Shown here: one piece after another, positions 13,365-25,789 of the stretch
Numbering within the stretch: position 1 is the stretch's first letter
How the letters are laid out: each line of letters begins with the position of its first letter
Translations under genes and position numbers: made by a program
Notes under the pieces: generated by a model
Databases searched by the model: none
Told to the model about the DNA's origin: nothing
What the model saw: the letters and a program-made list of their open reading frames with translations, nothing else
Assembly (NCBI RefSeq): GCF_963921235.1
Contig: NC_086097.1
Location: 46,502,001-46,566,000 of the forward strand
DNA length: 64,000 nt
Direction: 5' to 3'
DNA from: Mobula hypostoma
Taxonomy: Eukaryota

Positions 13365-14925
13365 ACTTGGCATTCAGTACTATCATCCCTTCAAAACTAA
13401 TCAATAAGCATTAAGTCCTTGACCTCAATACCTCCTTGAGCAACTGGATCCTTGATTTCCTCACTTATAGACCCCAGTCAGTTTGGATTGGCAACAACAT
13501 CTCCTCCACAATCTCCATCAACACAGGTGCACCACAAGGCTGTGTGCTGAGCCCCTGCTCTGCCCACTTTATAATCATGACTGTGAGGCTAAGCACAGCT
13601 CCAATGCCATATTTAAGCTTGCTGCTGACAACACAGCCATTGGCTGAATCAAAAATGGTGACAAATCAGCATATAGGAGGGAGATTGAAATTCCGGCTGA
13701 GTTGTGTCACAACAACAGCCGCTCACTCAATGTCAGCAAGACTAAAAACTTCATTATTGACTTCAGGAGAAGGAAACTGGAGGTCGCTGAGGCAGTCCTC
13801 AAAGGGTCATTAAATTTAAATTCCTCAACACACTTTTCGTCCCCCTTCCCTCCGGGAGAAGGCTCAGGAGCTTGAAGACTTGTACGGCCAGATTTGGGAA
13901 CAGCTTCTTTCCAACTGTGATAAGACTGCTGAATGGATCCTGACCCAGATCTGGGCCGTACCCTCCAAATATCTGGACCTGCCTCTCAGTTTTTTTTGCA
14001 TTATTTTACTTTCCATTTTTCTATTTTCTATTTACGATTTATAATTTAAATTTTTAATATTTACTATCGATTTGTAATCCAAGGAGTGGGAAGCGCAGAA
14101 TCAAATATCGTTGTGACGTTTGTACATTCTAGTATCAATTGTTTGGCGACAAGAAAGTATAAAGTAAAGTAAAGTAAAGTAAAGGATCTGTCCTGAGCCC
14201 AGTTCATAAGTGACATTATGAAGAAAGCACGAGTGCCTCTACTTAAAAGTTTGCAAAGATTTGGCATGTCATCTAAAACTTTGCTGAACTACGATAGATG
14301 TGTGGTAAAGAGTAATTTGACTAGTTGCATCAAGGCCTGGTATGGAAACACCAGTGCCCATGAACACGAAAACCAACAAAATGTAATGGATATGGCCCAG
14401 TCCATCACAGGTAAACCCCTCCCCATCATTGAGTACATCCACACAGAGTGCTATCACAGGAAATCAGCATCCATCATCAAGAACCCCAGTCATCTTGGCC
14501 AGGCTCTCTTCTCGCTGCTACCATCAGGAAGAAGGTACAGGACCCTCAGGACCCACACCAGCAGGTTCAGGATCCATTACTACCCCTCAAACATCAAGCT
14601 CTTGAACCAGAGCGGATAACTTCAATAAACTTGACACCCAATCAATGAACTGTTTCTACAACCAATGGAATCACTTTTAAGGACTCGTTATCTCATATTC
14701 TTGATATTTATAGCTTATTTATTTATTATTATTATTTTCTTCTTTCTGTATTTGTACAGTTCATTGCCTTTTGCACAATGGTTGTGTGTCCATCCTGTTG
14801 GGTGCGGCCTTTCATTGATTCTATAGGGTTTCTTGTATCTACTATGAATGCTTGCAAGAAAATGAATCTCAGGGTTGCATATGGTGATATATATGTACTT
14901 TGACAATAAATTTACTTTGAACTTT
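13365..14925 (+). mobile_element. Rex1/Babar-like LINE (RT to 3' UTR) with a nested LINE 3' tail at ~13830-14183
   Basis: ORF 13436 '[38 protein letters not shown]'; ORF 14218 'SCIKAWYGN...LLPSGRRYR'; tail 'aataaatttactttgaactttgaac'; nested piece ends in (AAAGT)n. Confidence 0.9.
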
Positions 14926-14971
14926 GAACAGAACTTCCTGGTTAGGCTTCCTGAGGGCTGCACCTGAGAAC

Positions 14972-15178
14972 AGTCACAAAATACTGGAGGAACTCAGCAG
15001 GCCAGGAAAAGGGCAAACAGTGGATACTGCAGCCCTCTCTACCTCTGTTAGGAGTCGTGATGAAGAGTCTCACCTCAAAACATTGACTGTTTTCTCTTTT
15101 TCAAAGATGCTGCCTGGCCTGCTGAGTTCCTCCAGCATCTTGTGTGTATTGATTTGGATTTCCAGCATCTGCAGATTT
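14972..15178. mobile_element. Penelope-like terminal-repeat fragment in inverted arrangement with a decayed hammerhead motif
   Basis: 'cacaaaatactggaggaactcagcaggccagg' (~14975-15006) is the near reverse complement of 'cctggcctgctgagttcctccagcatcttgtg' (~15113-15144); same sequence ends the PLE at 27840-27975. Confidence 0.75.
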
Positions 15179-15894
15179 TATTGTAACTGAGAACTTTGGT
15201 CTTTGACATATAAAACCAATATCTTTTTCTATCAAGAAGGTCAATAGCACCTCTAGGATTGGAAATCAACCATCTTTGAACTTAATTCCAAGTAACAAAA
15301 CATTCCAACTTGGAAATATAGCAGCAATTGTTCCTGTCTCAAATCCCACAGTCTTGTATCAAGTAGCACTGTGCAGTACAGTCACTACAAGCACTCTTAG
15401 GCAAAAGAGAAGGGAGTTCTTCTCAAGGTCTCTCTGGGATGACCATTAAATTCTGAACTACCAACAATGCCTATTTCCTACAAGGGAATAAAAACTGAAA
15501 AGAAACTATGTTCCCTACTGCTTTAGAAGTTCCATTTTACCTTCCCTTGTCTGTGATTATCTCAGTATCACTTGAACAAAACTGATGAATGCAACTTCTC
15601 AACATTCTAACATATGTAGTGCTTATAGATCAAAATTATTCCTTTATCTCCTGTTTGCAAGGTGTCTTTGCACATTGCTGCAGTAGTCACTCAAAATTTG
15701 GAGTGGAACTTGTGGAAGACTGGATGAGGAAGTCATTAAATAACCTTGCATCCAGGTAGCCTGGGTTTTTGGGCTGCAGTAGAAGATGACTCATTGGCTA
15801 TCTAGCAGCATGGTTTGGTCCATAAGTGTCCAATGCATTTGGTCAACATGCTCACCTGGAAAGGATGGGCTCCAAAATGTGTATATTTGGAATA

Positions 15895-16885
15895 GAAGTC
15901 AAAGTCATGTTTATTCTCATATGTACCATGAAAAACTTACACATAGCAGCATCACAGGCGTGTAGTATTCAGTAAGCAGCATTTACAAGTAAAAACAAAA
16001 TTAAACATAAATTATACACAATTTTTACAAGAAAGAGCACAATTAGAACAAAGAAGTCTATTTTAGTGCAAGCTGATCAAAGTGGTCATAGTGCTGCCAT
16101 ACTGCTGTGTCTCAGTTCGCACTAGTTGATTCAAAAAGCAAATGGCTGAAGAGAAGTAACTGTTCTTGAACCTGGTGGTGTGGGATTTCAAGATTCTGTA
16201 CCTCCTGCTCGATGGTAGCTGTAATAAGATGGCATGGCCCGAATAGTTGATGATAGATGTTACTTTCTAGAGGCGGTGCTTCCTGTAGATACTGCTGATG
16301 GTGGGGAGGGTGGGCCCACAATTCTTGCAGATTTTTACATTCCTGAGCTTTCAAATTGCCATTCCAGACCAAGACACAAGCAACCTCTTAAAAATCTCTT
16401 AAAAAATTAAAGATGCTGTCATGCCTTCTTATGGTTGCTTCAGTGTGCTGGCCCCAGGACAGATCCTTGAGGATGTTAATGTCCAGAAATTCAAAACTGC
16501 TGACTCTCTCCACCACCAATTCCCTAGTTTAGACAGGCACACAACTGTACTCCTTCCCCTCCCTGCAGTCAGCAATCAGCTATTTAGTTTTACTAATGCT
16601 GAGCAAAACATTGTTGTTGTGAGGTGTCCTATCCTGTGGCTGTGATTTCTAATTCATCCCAAAAAATTGATGCCATCCACAAATTTATATGTGGCATTGG
16701 ATCTCCGCTGAGCCGCACTGTCATGTGTGTATAGAGAGAGAGCAAGCTTGCAGCTTGCGATGCACCGGTATTGATGGTCAGAAAGGAGGAGATGTTGTTG
16801 CCAATCCTCACTGACTGAGGTCTGCCTTTGAGGAAGTCCAGCACCCAGCTGCAAAGGAAAGTACAGAAGCCCAGGTCTTGAAGCT
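15895..16885 (-). mobile_element. Rex1/Babar-like LINE fragments
   Basis: ORF 16629-16844 'LDFLKGRPQSVRIGNNISS'; ORF 16112-16372 'VWNGN'. Confidence 0.8.
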
Positions 16886-16909
16886 CGATCCCTCTTGGGC
16901 AGCGGGATT

Positions 16910-17232
16910 GTTTGTTTGTTTGTTTGTTTATTTATTTTATTTACTGATAGAGGGTGATGTAGGCCCTTCCGGCCCTTCTAGGCACATTGCCCCAGGAATT
17001 ACACAACCCTGATTAATCCTAACCTAACTTACAATGGCCAGTTAACATACCCGGGATGTCTTTGGACCCTGGGAGGAAACTGAAACACCCTGGGAAAACC
17101 CACACATCCCACAGCGAGGATGCACCCAAACACCTCACAGCCTTACAGAACAGCACTGGAATTGAACTCCAAACTGCTGAACGCGCCAAGCTGTGGTAGC
17201 GCCGGCCTAAATGGTGTGCTACCGTGGTGCCC
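16910..17232 (-). mobile_element. tRNA-derived SINE (V-SINE/HE1-like)
   Basis: Reverse strand reads 'gggcaccacggtagc...ggagttcaattcc...gtttcctcccagggtccaaagac' with an (AAAT/AAAC)n tail; related copies at ~44775-45050 (-), ~51415-51675 and ~52018-52270 (+). Confidence 0.65.
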
Positions 17233-17610
17233 GTCTTGAATTCCAAGCTCTCGTCGATGAACGGCAGCCTGATGTTTCAGTTCGTGCTGCCCAGCTGGTC
17301 CCGAGCAGAGTGAAGAGCCAGAGGAGGCACGTCTGCTGTGCTGGCTGGCAAAGCGAAGCAGATCCAGGTCAGCTCTGAGCCGCTGCTTACCGAGATTCCA
17401 CTGAAGTTTTCAGGCTGGGATCAGAGTTCTGAGCCTCTTGTAGAGCTTTTTCTATGAACACTGTCTGTCCACAACACTTAAACTGCCCTACCCTTCCCTT
17501 CTACTCTGGTTGGATGCCTCTTGGCTTTCCACATACAAAACAGGCATCTAATCTTATCTCAACAACATGTTAGTGCCATCTCTGGGAAGTGATTGCAAGT
17601 GACAAGTGAT

Positions 17611-18272
17611 ATTAGATTAGATTAGGAGGACACACAGTCCTCTTTTATTGTCATTTAGTAATGCATTCATTAAGAAATGATACAATGTTCCTCCAGAATG
17701 ATTTCACAGAAACACAAGACAAACCAAGACTGAAAAACTAACAAAAAACACATAATTATAACATATGGTTAAAACAGTGCAAAGCAATCCCGTAATTTGA
17801 TAAAGAACAGACCATGGGCACGGTAAAAAAGAGTCTCAAAGTCTCTTGAAAGTCCCATCATCTCACGCAGACGGTAGAAGGAAGAAAAACTCTCCCTGCC
17901 ATGAGCTTCTAGCGCCGCAGACTTGCCGATGCAGCACCCTGGAAGCACAGCTGACTCTTGAGTCCGTCCGAAAACTTCAAACCTCCGACCAGCCCTCCGA
18001 CATTGAGCACCATTTCTGCCGAGCACTTCGACCCCGGCCCTGGCAACAGGCAATAGGCAAAGCCGAGGATTTGGGGCCTTCCCCTCCGGAGATTCTCGAT
18101 TGCACAGTAGCAGCGGCAGCAAAGCGGGCATTTCAGAAGTTTCCCCAGATGTTCCTCCGTGCTTCTCACGGCTGCCTCCGTCAAATCAGGATTGGGCACG
18201 GTACCTACCTACAAATACGATATCATTTCGGAGCAGCTGCGCGCGCTCCGTCGTGCCACCATCTTCTCCTCC
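17611..18272 (-). mobile_element. Short non-autonomous retroelement (LINE-like 5' and 3' ends, no RT)
   Basis: Minus strand starts 'gggaggagaagatggtggc' (AAGATGG LINE 5'-end-like motif) and ends 'gacaataaaagaggactgtgtgtcctcc' plus (CTAAT)n; CpG-rich body; ORFs lack RT or EN motifs. Confidence 0.6.
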
Positions 18273-19147
18273 CCATGGATGAGATGAGATTCTGACCAAG
18301 TGGAGTGCAAACCCATGTGTCAGACATAGGATGAGGTGCTGACCATCTTGTGGCTCTGCAGCTGGAGTCTAGGCAGCTGGGTCCTTTTAGAGGCGAAGCT
18401 TATGAGTAAAACCCAAGGGAAGAGAAAAGGAGAGCCAGGAGATGGGCGTGCTTACTGCGTCCACACCTTGTAGATACAGATATTATGAATTGAAAAGTTA
18501 GTTGACATCTTCAAATAACACCTGTGATGCCATTAGTCACAGCCTCTATTCCAGCCACTCCAGTAATGGGCAACACACTAACTTAGAGGCCACTGAGCTG
18601 GTGGAACTGAAACTGTCTGATGTTAGACTGCTGCCGTCGACTGTAATTGTGTGTCATTAGGTCTGCAAGAGAGGGAAGCAGATGAGTGAGAGGATTGTGT
18701 TAGGTCTGGGGGATTTGCATGTTATGCTGTGTGACTGCTCTGAGAAGGTGTGTGACTGATTGACTGGTGATAAGTGTGTGTTTATGGGGATGGACAAGAT
18801 TGTAAATGAAAGAAGATTTATAAAAAGGAGCAGTGTGAGTTTGGTAGTAGAGCTGGGAGAATGGATGTTTTGATATTCTCACTGTTCGTGACATTGCATG
18901 TGATACCATTAAATATGTTGCTGCATACCATTTGTGTTCTGCTGCCTGTCTCCTTCCATTGATCTTATTAACCCCCTCTTGTCACCGGCTCTTCATGATG
19001 AGCCTGGATGGTGCTCTTGGCTCCTAATCTCCATCCTAATGACCAAGTTATCCAGAGTCACATCCGAAGATCAGGATCCTATTCTTTGCTGCACTCAGCC
19101 TTCCCAGAGTTTTCCCAGGTTTACAGCAGCTTAAGGAACTGATTCCC

Positions 19148-19885
19148 CTTCTTCTTCTTTTGTGCTAATGGTGACCCGCAGCTATCAGGAAGGTGCATTA
19201 CCGCTACCTACTGTAATGGAGTATGACAGGAGCCATAACAGGGATCAGATTCTTCCTCAAATCTGTTTTAATTAAAAGTTCACCCGGGCTCAACATGACT
19301 TAACCGTCCCTGGTTCAGGTGCCAGAATACCTGCAACCTAGGCACTCCAGATCTACCCAGTAATTGCCTAAACAACTTTCAACACTCTAACCGAATACCT
19401 ATGGCACACCATGATCACATGTTCCAGTGTCTCTAGTCCCTTACAAAAGTCACACCACCCGTTCCAATGTTTACAAACAAGTGCCAAAGTGGAGTGCAAA
19501 CCCATGTGTCGTAACCTCAATCTTGCCAGCCGCACATCTTCCCTCCTGTTCCATCACAAACAGCACCTCCCCTGAACTGATGGAACCAAATTATAACACC
19601 ATCTCCCTGTCCCACTCCTATCCCACAAATTTTGCCATTTCCCAATCCCAGTGATCCTAATACAAGATATGGCTTCATACTTTTTGATATTGACTATAAT
19701 ATTCACCTCTGACTGAGTAAGTGCCTGTTTTTCTTTGAAGATCTGCCCTTTCATTTCTTGGTACACCCACACCTGCAGGAACCCAGCAAAACTGTACTAC
19801 TGTTCCCACACTCTCCACATTTAAATTGTAGTACAGTCCCATCAACAGATCAGATCTCCTTGACTGCTTTGATTCCAAACTCTGC
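19148..19885 (-). mobile_element. Nimb/I-group LINE 3' end (RNase H and C-terminal Cys/His motif)
   Basis: ORF 19675-19878 'QFCWVPAGVGVPRNERAD' (RNase H C-terminus); downstream reverse translation 'RLRLRHMGLHSTL...WCDFCKGLETLEHVIMVC'; 3' UTR 'cagtaggtagcggtaatgcac' and (GAA)n tail. Confidence 0.82.
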
Positions 19886-20592
19886 AGATCATGACTCCAT
19901 TTGGCTTAACTAATGAATCTCCTTCCTTTAAATTGTGCAGTCATGACTTAATCAATGACAACTAACTCCACCTGGTACAAATGACTCCTGAAACCACATC
20001 CTGAGGATTTGTGCTAATGTAATTAACTGGCTTCAATCATGATAATGAGGCCAGCAGATGAATTTTCGTTGATACTTTGGTCAAAATGACATTGGTTATG
20101 TGCACATTATAAGTTGAGTATGATTTAATTTCTTCCCCACCACATTTAACAAAAACTTTACTTCTCAAAAAGTGCTAAGACTTTTATCATATGCAATCCC
20201 CTTTCTTCTCATAAAACCCTTTAGGTTCCTCAATGTGTTTGTATGTGTTTCTAGCTAATTCATCACCTAATACCTCAGCATATTTTGCAAGACTTTTTGG
20301 CAGATTCCAGGCTGCTTGGTTTGTAATTCTAAGTTATCTACACCCATGTTCATCACAGCATCCCACTTGGTTTTCACCAATCTTCCAATACAATTATTAA
20401 TCCAAAGAATACTTGTTTGCAAAGTATCAGCTATTTTCTTGGTATTTCCATATCAGAATCCAGGGAGCATTCGTGCTCTTCCATAATTCTTTGTAATAAT
20501 TTCTACTACTTTACAGTCTTGCCTGACACTAAAAAATTCTGACACCAAAGGTCTGATGGTTTCATCCCTATTCAAAGATAGCAGACTAGCCC

Positions 20593-20745
20593 CAAAGGTA
20601 TTTGAACTCAGCAGGCCTGGCAGCATCGGTGGAACAGAGTGCAGTCGATGTTTTGGGCAGAGACCCTTCAGCAGGACTGGAGTAAAAAAAAGAACATTTT
20701 GTGTGAGTTGCTTGGATTTCCAGCATCTGCAGATTTTCTTTTGTT
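20593..20745. mobile_element. Penelope-like terminal-repeat fragment (two pieces in opposite orientation) with decayed hammerhead
   Basis: Minus-strand 'cagtcctgctgaagggtctctgcccaaaacatcgactg' (20642-20679) followed by plus-strand 'gatttccagcatctgcag'. Confidence 0.7.
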
Positions 20746-22866
20746 TCCTAATGATATTGGTTCTTTTATTTATAGGAGAGGTTTCATGACCTTTTTTAGA
20801 GCCATCAGATATATCTGATAAATGGCAGGCCCAAAGTTAGATAAATCTGTGAGCACAATTTAATTTTGTGAGTGAAGTGTGCTTTCTCTGCAAGACCCTA
20901 CTTATTCTTGCAAATACAGTAAGGAAAAACAATTTAGTCAATTGATTAGTACTGAATGGTGACACTATTAGTGCCAAACCCAGTGCTGTAGATACAATGA
21001 GAAAATATCTGGTATTAATATATTTATCACTTAATCCAAATTCATCTCACTGAAGAAATCCATTTAATGGGTATCTCCATTTACGAAATAATGATTAAAA
21101 CCGTAACCATATCCCTGTTAAAAACATTTTTCAATTGCCTTTCTTATGCTGTCAGACTATTGTAACTACAGATAGTGGTGAAAATTGCTCTATTGTATTT
21201 GTAATCATTTGAGTGCCTAATAAGTTATAATAAGCAGTTCTTGCTGATGAGCCTAATATTTACGTATACTTTTCACTATCACAGATGGTGGTAATGCCAT
21301 AGTGTGTCTTAGTCATATTAGAGATTAAATGTTTTAGCAGTAATGCAGTAAAAGGCTATAGTCATCTTTTAAAATAATACCCTTGACTATAGTGAATTAA
21401 TTATTTATACAATGGCTCAAGTCTATGGAGCCATCAGATAGTAATTATGATCCCAGAACCATAGATAATTACCATTTTTATCATCACTGCACCTTGTTTG
21501 AAACAGTTCATGGATTAAATTATCTGCACAATCTGAAACTTCGCAGATAAAATCACTATAATATTATTGACTGCATCAAACTGATAGAATCAAAATATAC
21601 AAAAAAAAACACTCATTAATATATTCAAGAGTAAATCAATGAAAGAGGGCTCTTCTATTTCAGGCGTCATTAGCTCATCTGTACTCCCCTTACACATCAC
21701 AATCAGATCCTTCATCAAGCCACCAGTAACCAGTTCTTTTACTGGCTTCATTAAATACGTATGAGTGCCAACCTAAATGACTATCAGTTCTAGGCATTTA
21801 TATGTAATACGGCCATAGTCGTATGTGTGTGCATTCTGCTCCTTTACTAACATTACAGTTTAAGTTTTCTGATCAGTGGAATTCCTTGAGGAGAGGACTT
21901 TACACTCTCCACAGTGAACGAATTACGTACCTGGCAACTGCCCAGCTGTAATAATGGGAAATATGCCACATTACATTAACATATTGTTTGGTACAGTGGG
22001 CCTTTATCTGGGTGAATGTATTTAACATCTGTCATTGCTCCTTATGAAAACAAACCAAACTGTGGGAAACCAAAGACTCAGCTCCCTATTGATTTTCTCT
22101 TCCAGCTGCTGGAGTTACACCTTAAAACTGGAGTGAATTCAACTGAAACACTTACTGCAGTTGTGCGCCTGATTTCCCTTTCCGCTGTGCGAGCAATTGG
22201 AACAGCAATGGGAATTGCATCTTACAAGCCGGTTGGTCACAGTGCCACCCAAGTCCTATTTGTAGCTGTAACATCAACAGATCAACCAGCATCAACATGG
22301 AAGCATTCATTTTGAATGGTACAGATTACTTTTCACTCAGCAAATATAGGTGTGGGGCAATACCTCAGCAAACACAGCTGAATGTTCTAGAACTATAGAC
22401 TTACCTGCTGGCTACCCATCTGTGCAAATGAAGGTGGTAGACTTGACAGTATGGCTCTGAGGAAATGGGAACTGGCCAGCCAATAGCCTCAGTCCTACCT
22501 CATTACTTTAAGTTTTCTTCTGATATACTTAAGGTATTGTTTGCTGAAGGGTGCCAAGGGAAGTTACTCATGACTTTACTCTAGGTCTAGGGCAAGCTGA
22601 GTGACTGATGCTTGGGGACTCCATGTGGAGATGCTCAGCAGAGCCATACCCACTGACTCTCCACTCTTCCCTTCCTGCAGCAACTTGGGTGGGAAAAGGT
22701 AAGTAAGCTCCATTCAATTGTTAGCAAATGCACTTATCTTAATGTTTTTTAAATATTATTTTGTAGTATTTTAGTTAATTCTACATTAAAAATAAAGTTA
22801 ATTCTTTTAATCAATTGAAACAATCTTAAAAATGTTACAAATTTTAACAAAGCCCCACCAGCCCTT

Positions 22867-23060
22867 CTGGTGGCGTAGTGGCATCAGTGCCGGACTTCGG
22901 AGCGAAGGCTCCTGAGTTCGAATCCAGCTGGCTCCCCAGGCACGCTTTCCATCCGTGCTGGGTTGAGCATCGAGCTAGTGACTCGACCTTGTAAAACAGC
23001 AAAAAGTTGATGGCCTATGCTCTCTCGTGAGTTTAAAAGGCAATTTCCTTTCCTTTCCTT
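22867..23060 (+). mobile_element. tRNA-derived SINE with 13-bp TSD
   Basis: A box TGGCGTAGTGG (22871-22881), B box GAGTTCGAATCC (22914-22925), (TTTCC)n tail, TSD CCCACCAGCCCTT at 22854-22866 and 23061-23073. Confidence 0.88.
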
Positions 23061-23163
23061 CCCACCAGCCCTTAGTGCACCTCCACCCCAAGTTTCAGCA
23101 GAAGGCAAGGCTTCCTCCCTAACCTTGTCTCTTCTTCTGATGGCTGGATCTCAGCTGGTAAAT

Positions 23164-25270
23164 TCAAGTCAAGTTTATTGTCATTTAACTATATACATGC
23201 ATATAACAGATATAACCATATTATGTATATAGAGACGCAACAACATTTCTTTGAACCAGGATATAAAGCACAGTAGTACACGTAACACACGATAACTTAT
23301 GAAGGTAAGGATAAAGTCTACAGATGAATCGCACATAAATAACAAACTAGAGTGCATTAATATTAAATATTGTAAGGCAGGGAATGGGTTATCCAGTGAC
23401 ACTTCGAATGCAATGCGGCAGGGAGTTCAGAAGCCAGATGGCCTGAGGGAAGAAACTGTTTCTCATCCTGACCGTCCTTGTTTTTATGCATCATAGTCTC
23501 CTGCCTGATGGTAGAAAGTCAAAGAGGATGCTGGATGGATGCGTGGGATTCTTGATAATACTAAGGGCCCCACATAAACAATACTCCGATAAATGTCCCT
23601 GATGGATATAGGGAGACCCTATGATCCTCTCAGCCACTCTCACAGACCTTCGTTGGGACTTCTGGTCCAATGCTCCACTGCTCCCTTCCCAGACGGAGAT
23701 GCAACTTGTCAGGATGCTCTCAGTGGTGCTCCCGTAAAATGCAGTTAAGATGGGGTGTGGGGGCCTCGCTTACCTCAGTCTTCTAAGGAAGTGGAGGTGC
23801 TGCTGTGCTTTTTTGTTCAGGGAGGTGATATTGAGGGACCAGGTGAGGCCATCTGTGATGTGAACTCCTAGGAACTTGGTGCACTTAACTCTCTCTATGG
23901 AGGAGCCACGTATTTGCAGAGGAGGATGGTTCGTCTGCACCTTCCGAAGTCCACAGTGATTTCCTTGGTCTTCTCCAAATTCAGGCTTGGGTTTGTTGTC
24001 TCACATTAATCCATCAGTCACACCACTTCCTCTCTGTACTCCGTCTCATCATCATTCTTGATGGGACCATCCACTGTGGTGTCATCCACAAACCTAATGA
24101 CACTGTTTGAGCTGGATCCTGCAAAACAATCACGTGTCAGCAGTGTGAACAGCATCAGGCTGAGCATACAGGCTTGGAGAGTGCCGTTGCTCAGCATAAT
24201 GGGACGAGAGACATTGCTGCCCATATGGACTGACTGTGACCTTACTGGTAACAAGTCCAGGAGCCAATTACATAGGGAGGCATTGAGACCCAGAGAGGAC
24301 AATTTCCCCACCAGTTTCTGGGGTACAGTGGTGTGGAACACCAAACTGAAGTCTATAAACATAAGTCAGGCTTGTGAGGCCCCATTTTCCATGTGGGACA
24401 GGACGGTTGCATCGTCAGTGGATCAATTTGAGCAATAAGTGAACTGGAAAGGGTCCAATTTAGCCATGACCAACTGCTCAAAGTATTTCGTAATGGTAAT
24501 ATTTCACAGTTAATGCCACTTGAAGATAGACATTTATTGTCGCCTTCTTTGATCTCTGGAATGATGGTTGCTGCCTTGAAAACCGAGGGGACAATAGATT
24601 GTTCCAGAGGGATGTTGAATATATCCATAAGCACTTCCACCAGTTGGGCTGCACAGTCTTTCAGAACCCGACCAGGTACATCATTGGGCCCCGCCGGCTG
24701 ACTCTGGCCAGGATCTTCCTCACCTCAGCTTCAGCCAGATGGAGTGTCTGCTCCCCTGGGGCGAGGGGTGCCTTTCCTGCCAGCATCAAACTGGGCATAG
24801 AAGACATTCAGTCTCTCAGGGAGTGAAGCATCCTGGTCACACATGCAGGGTAGACTGTTAAATTCCCTGCCACATGCGCCTCATGTCTCTGGCAGCACAG
24901 AAGTGGCTGTAAATTCTCTGAGAATGCTCTCATTTCCTGATGGAGCGAGAAAGCACGGTTCTTGCTGAGAGCTGTCGCATCCCCTGATCTAAAGGCAGCA
25001 TCACGATCCCTCAGCCTGGCACAGGCCTCTGTGGTAACCATGGCTTCTGATTTGCCCTCACCCGGATGTGTTTTGTGATGGTAACATCCTCAGTACACAG
25101 CTGGTCACAGAATCCACATATTCCTCAATGTAAACACGGTTGCCAAAGGTAGCAACCTCCCTGAGCTTTCTCCAGTTAGTGTTATCAAAGCAACCCTGCA
25201 GAGCAGAGATTGCACGCGCAGGCCAGATTTTCAACACCTTTAGGACTGGTTTGACCTGTTTGATTCCAGT
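23164..25270 (-). mobile_element. Rex1/Babar-like LINE, ~2.1 kb 5'-truncated degraded copy
   Basis: ORFs 'MFIDFSLVFHTTVP...NWLLDLL...IRFVDDTTV', 'DIFNIPLEQSIVPSVFKAATIIP', 'RDRDAAFRSGD'; (CTTGA)n tail. Confidence 0.9.
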
Positions 25271-25789
25271 TACCACCAGAGTTCCAATGGGTTGGAAAGG
25301 GCGGGAGGAGTCCAGCTAGCCTTCTCTACCACACGCACCCACCCAAACAAATGTATCCACGGGGTAGATGGGGCCAAAGTGCAACATGCCAAGTCTAGAC
25401 AATCCTGGAAGAACTGCAAATAGGTGGCCATATATAGTCTTAACATCAGTGAGAAGAAACTCCCACCCATTTCTTATATTGAACCATTAAATATTCATGT
25501 AAGAGAAATGTTTGGATTTGACAATACAGTGCCGGCTTTTTTCAAAATGTCATGCACTGTTGAATATTATATTTAATAAAGTGGATTCATTCCCAGTGTC
25601 CAATGCAAGGGTTAAACATTAGGAAGATTTGCATTGATTCCCTGTGCAAGGACAGAGAAATATGTTATCTTAAACTGATAATCAATGGAACTTCTGTGGA
25701 TGTTTTATGGAAAAAAGACAGCAAATATGAGGGCTCTGGCAGGTTCTGTTTGAAGTCATTCTACGTGCTTTCTTGTGGCACATCAATAA

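Noticed and set aside
18698..18975. Solo LTR (TGTTAGG start, TATAAAA, ATTAAA)
   Set aside because: No clear terminal CA or TSD; not enough evidence to call.
22867..22930. tRNA gene (also 46728-46800)
   Set aside because: A/B boxes are present, but each continues into a SINE body bounded by a 13-bp TSD, and no convincing acceptor stem is formed.
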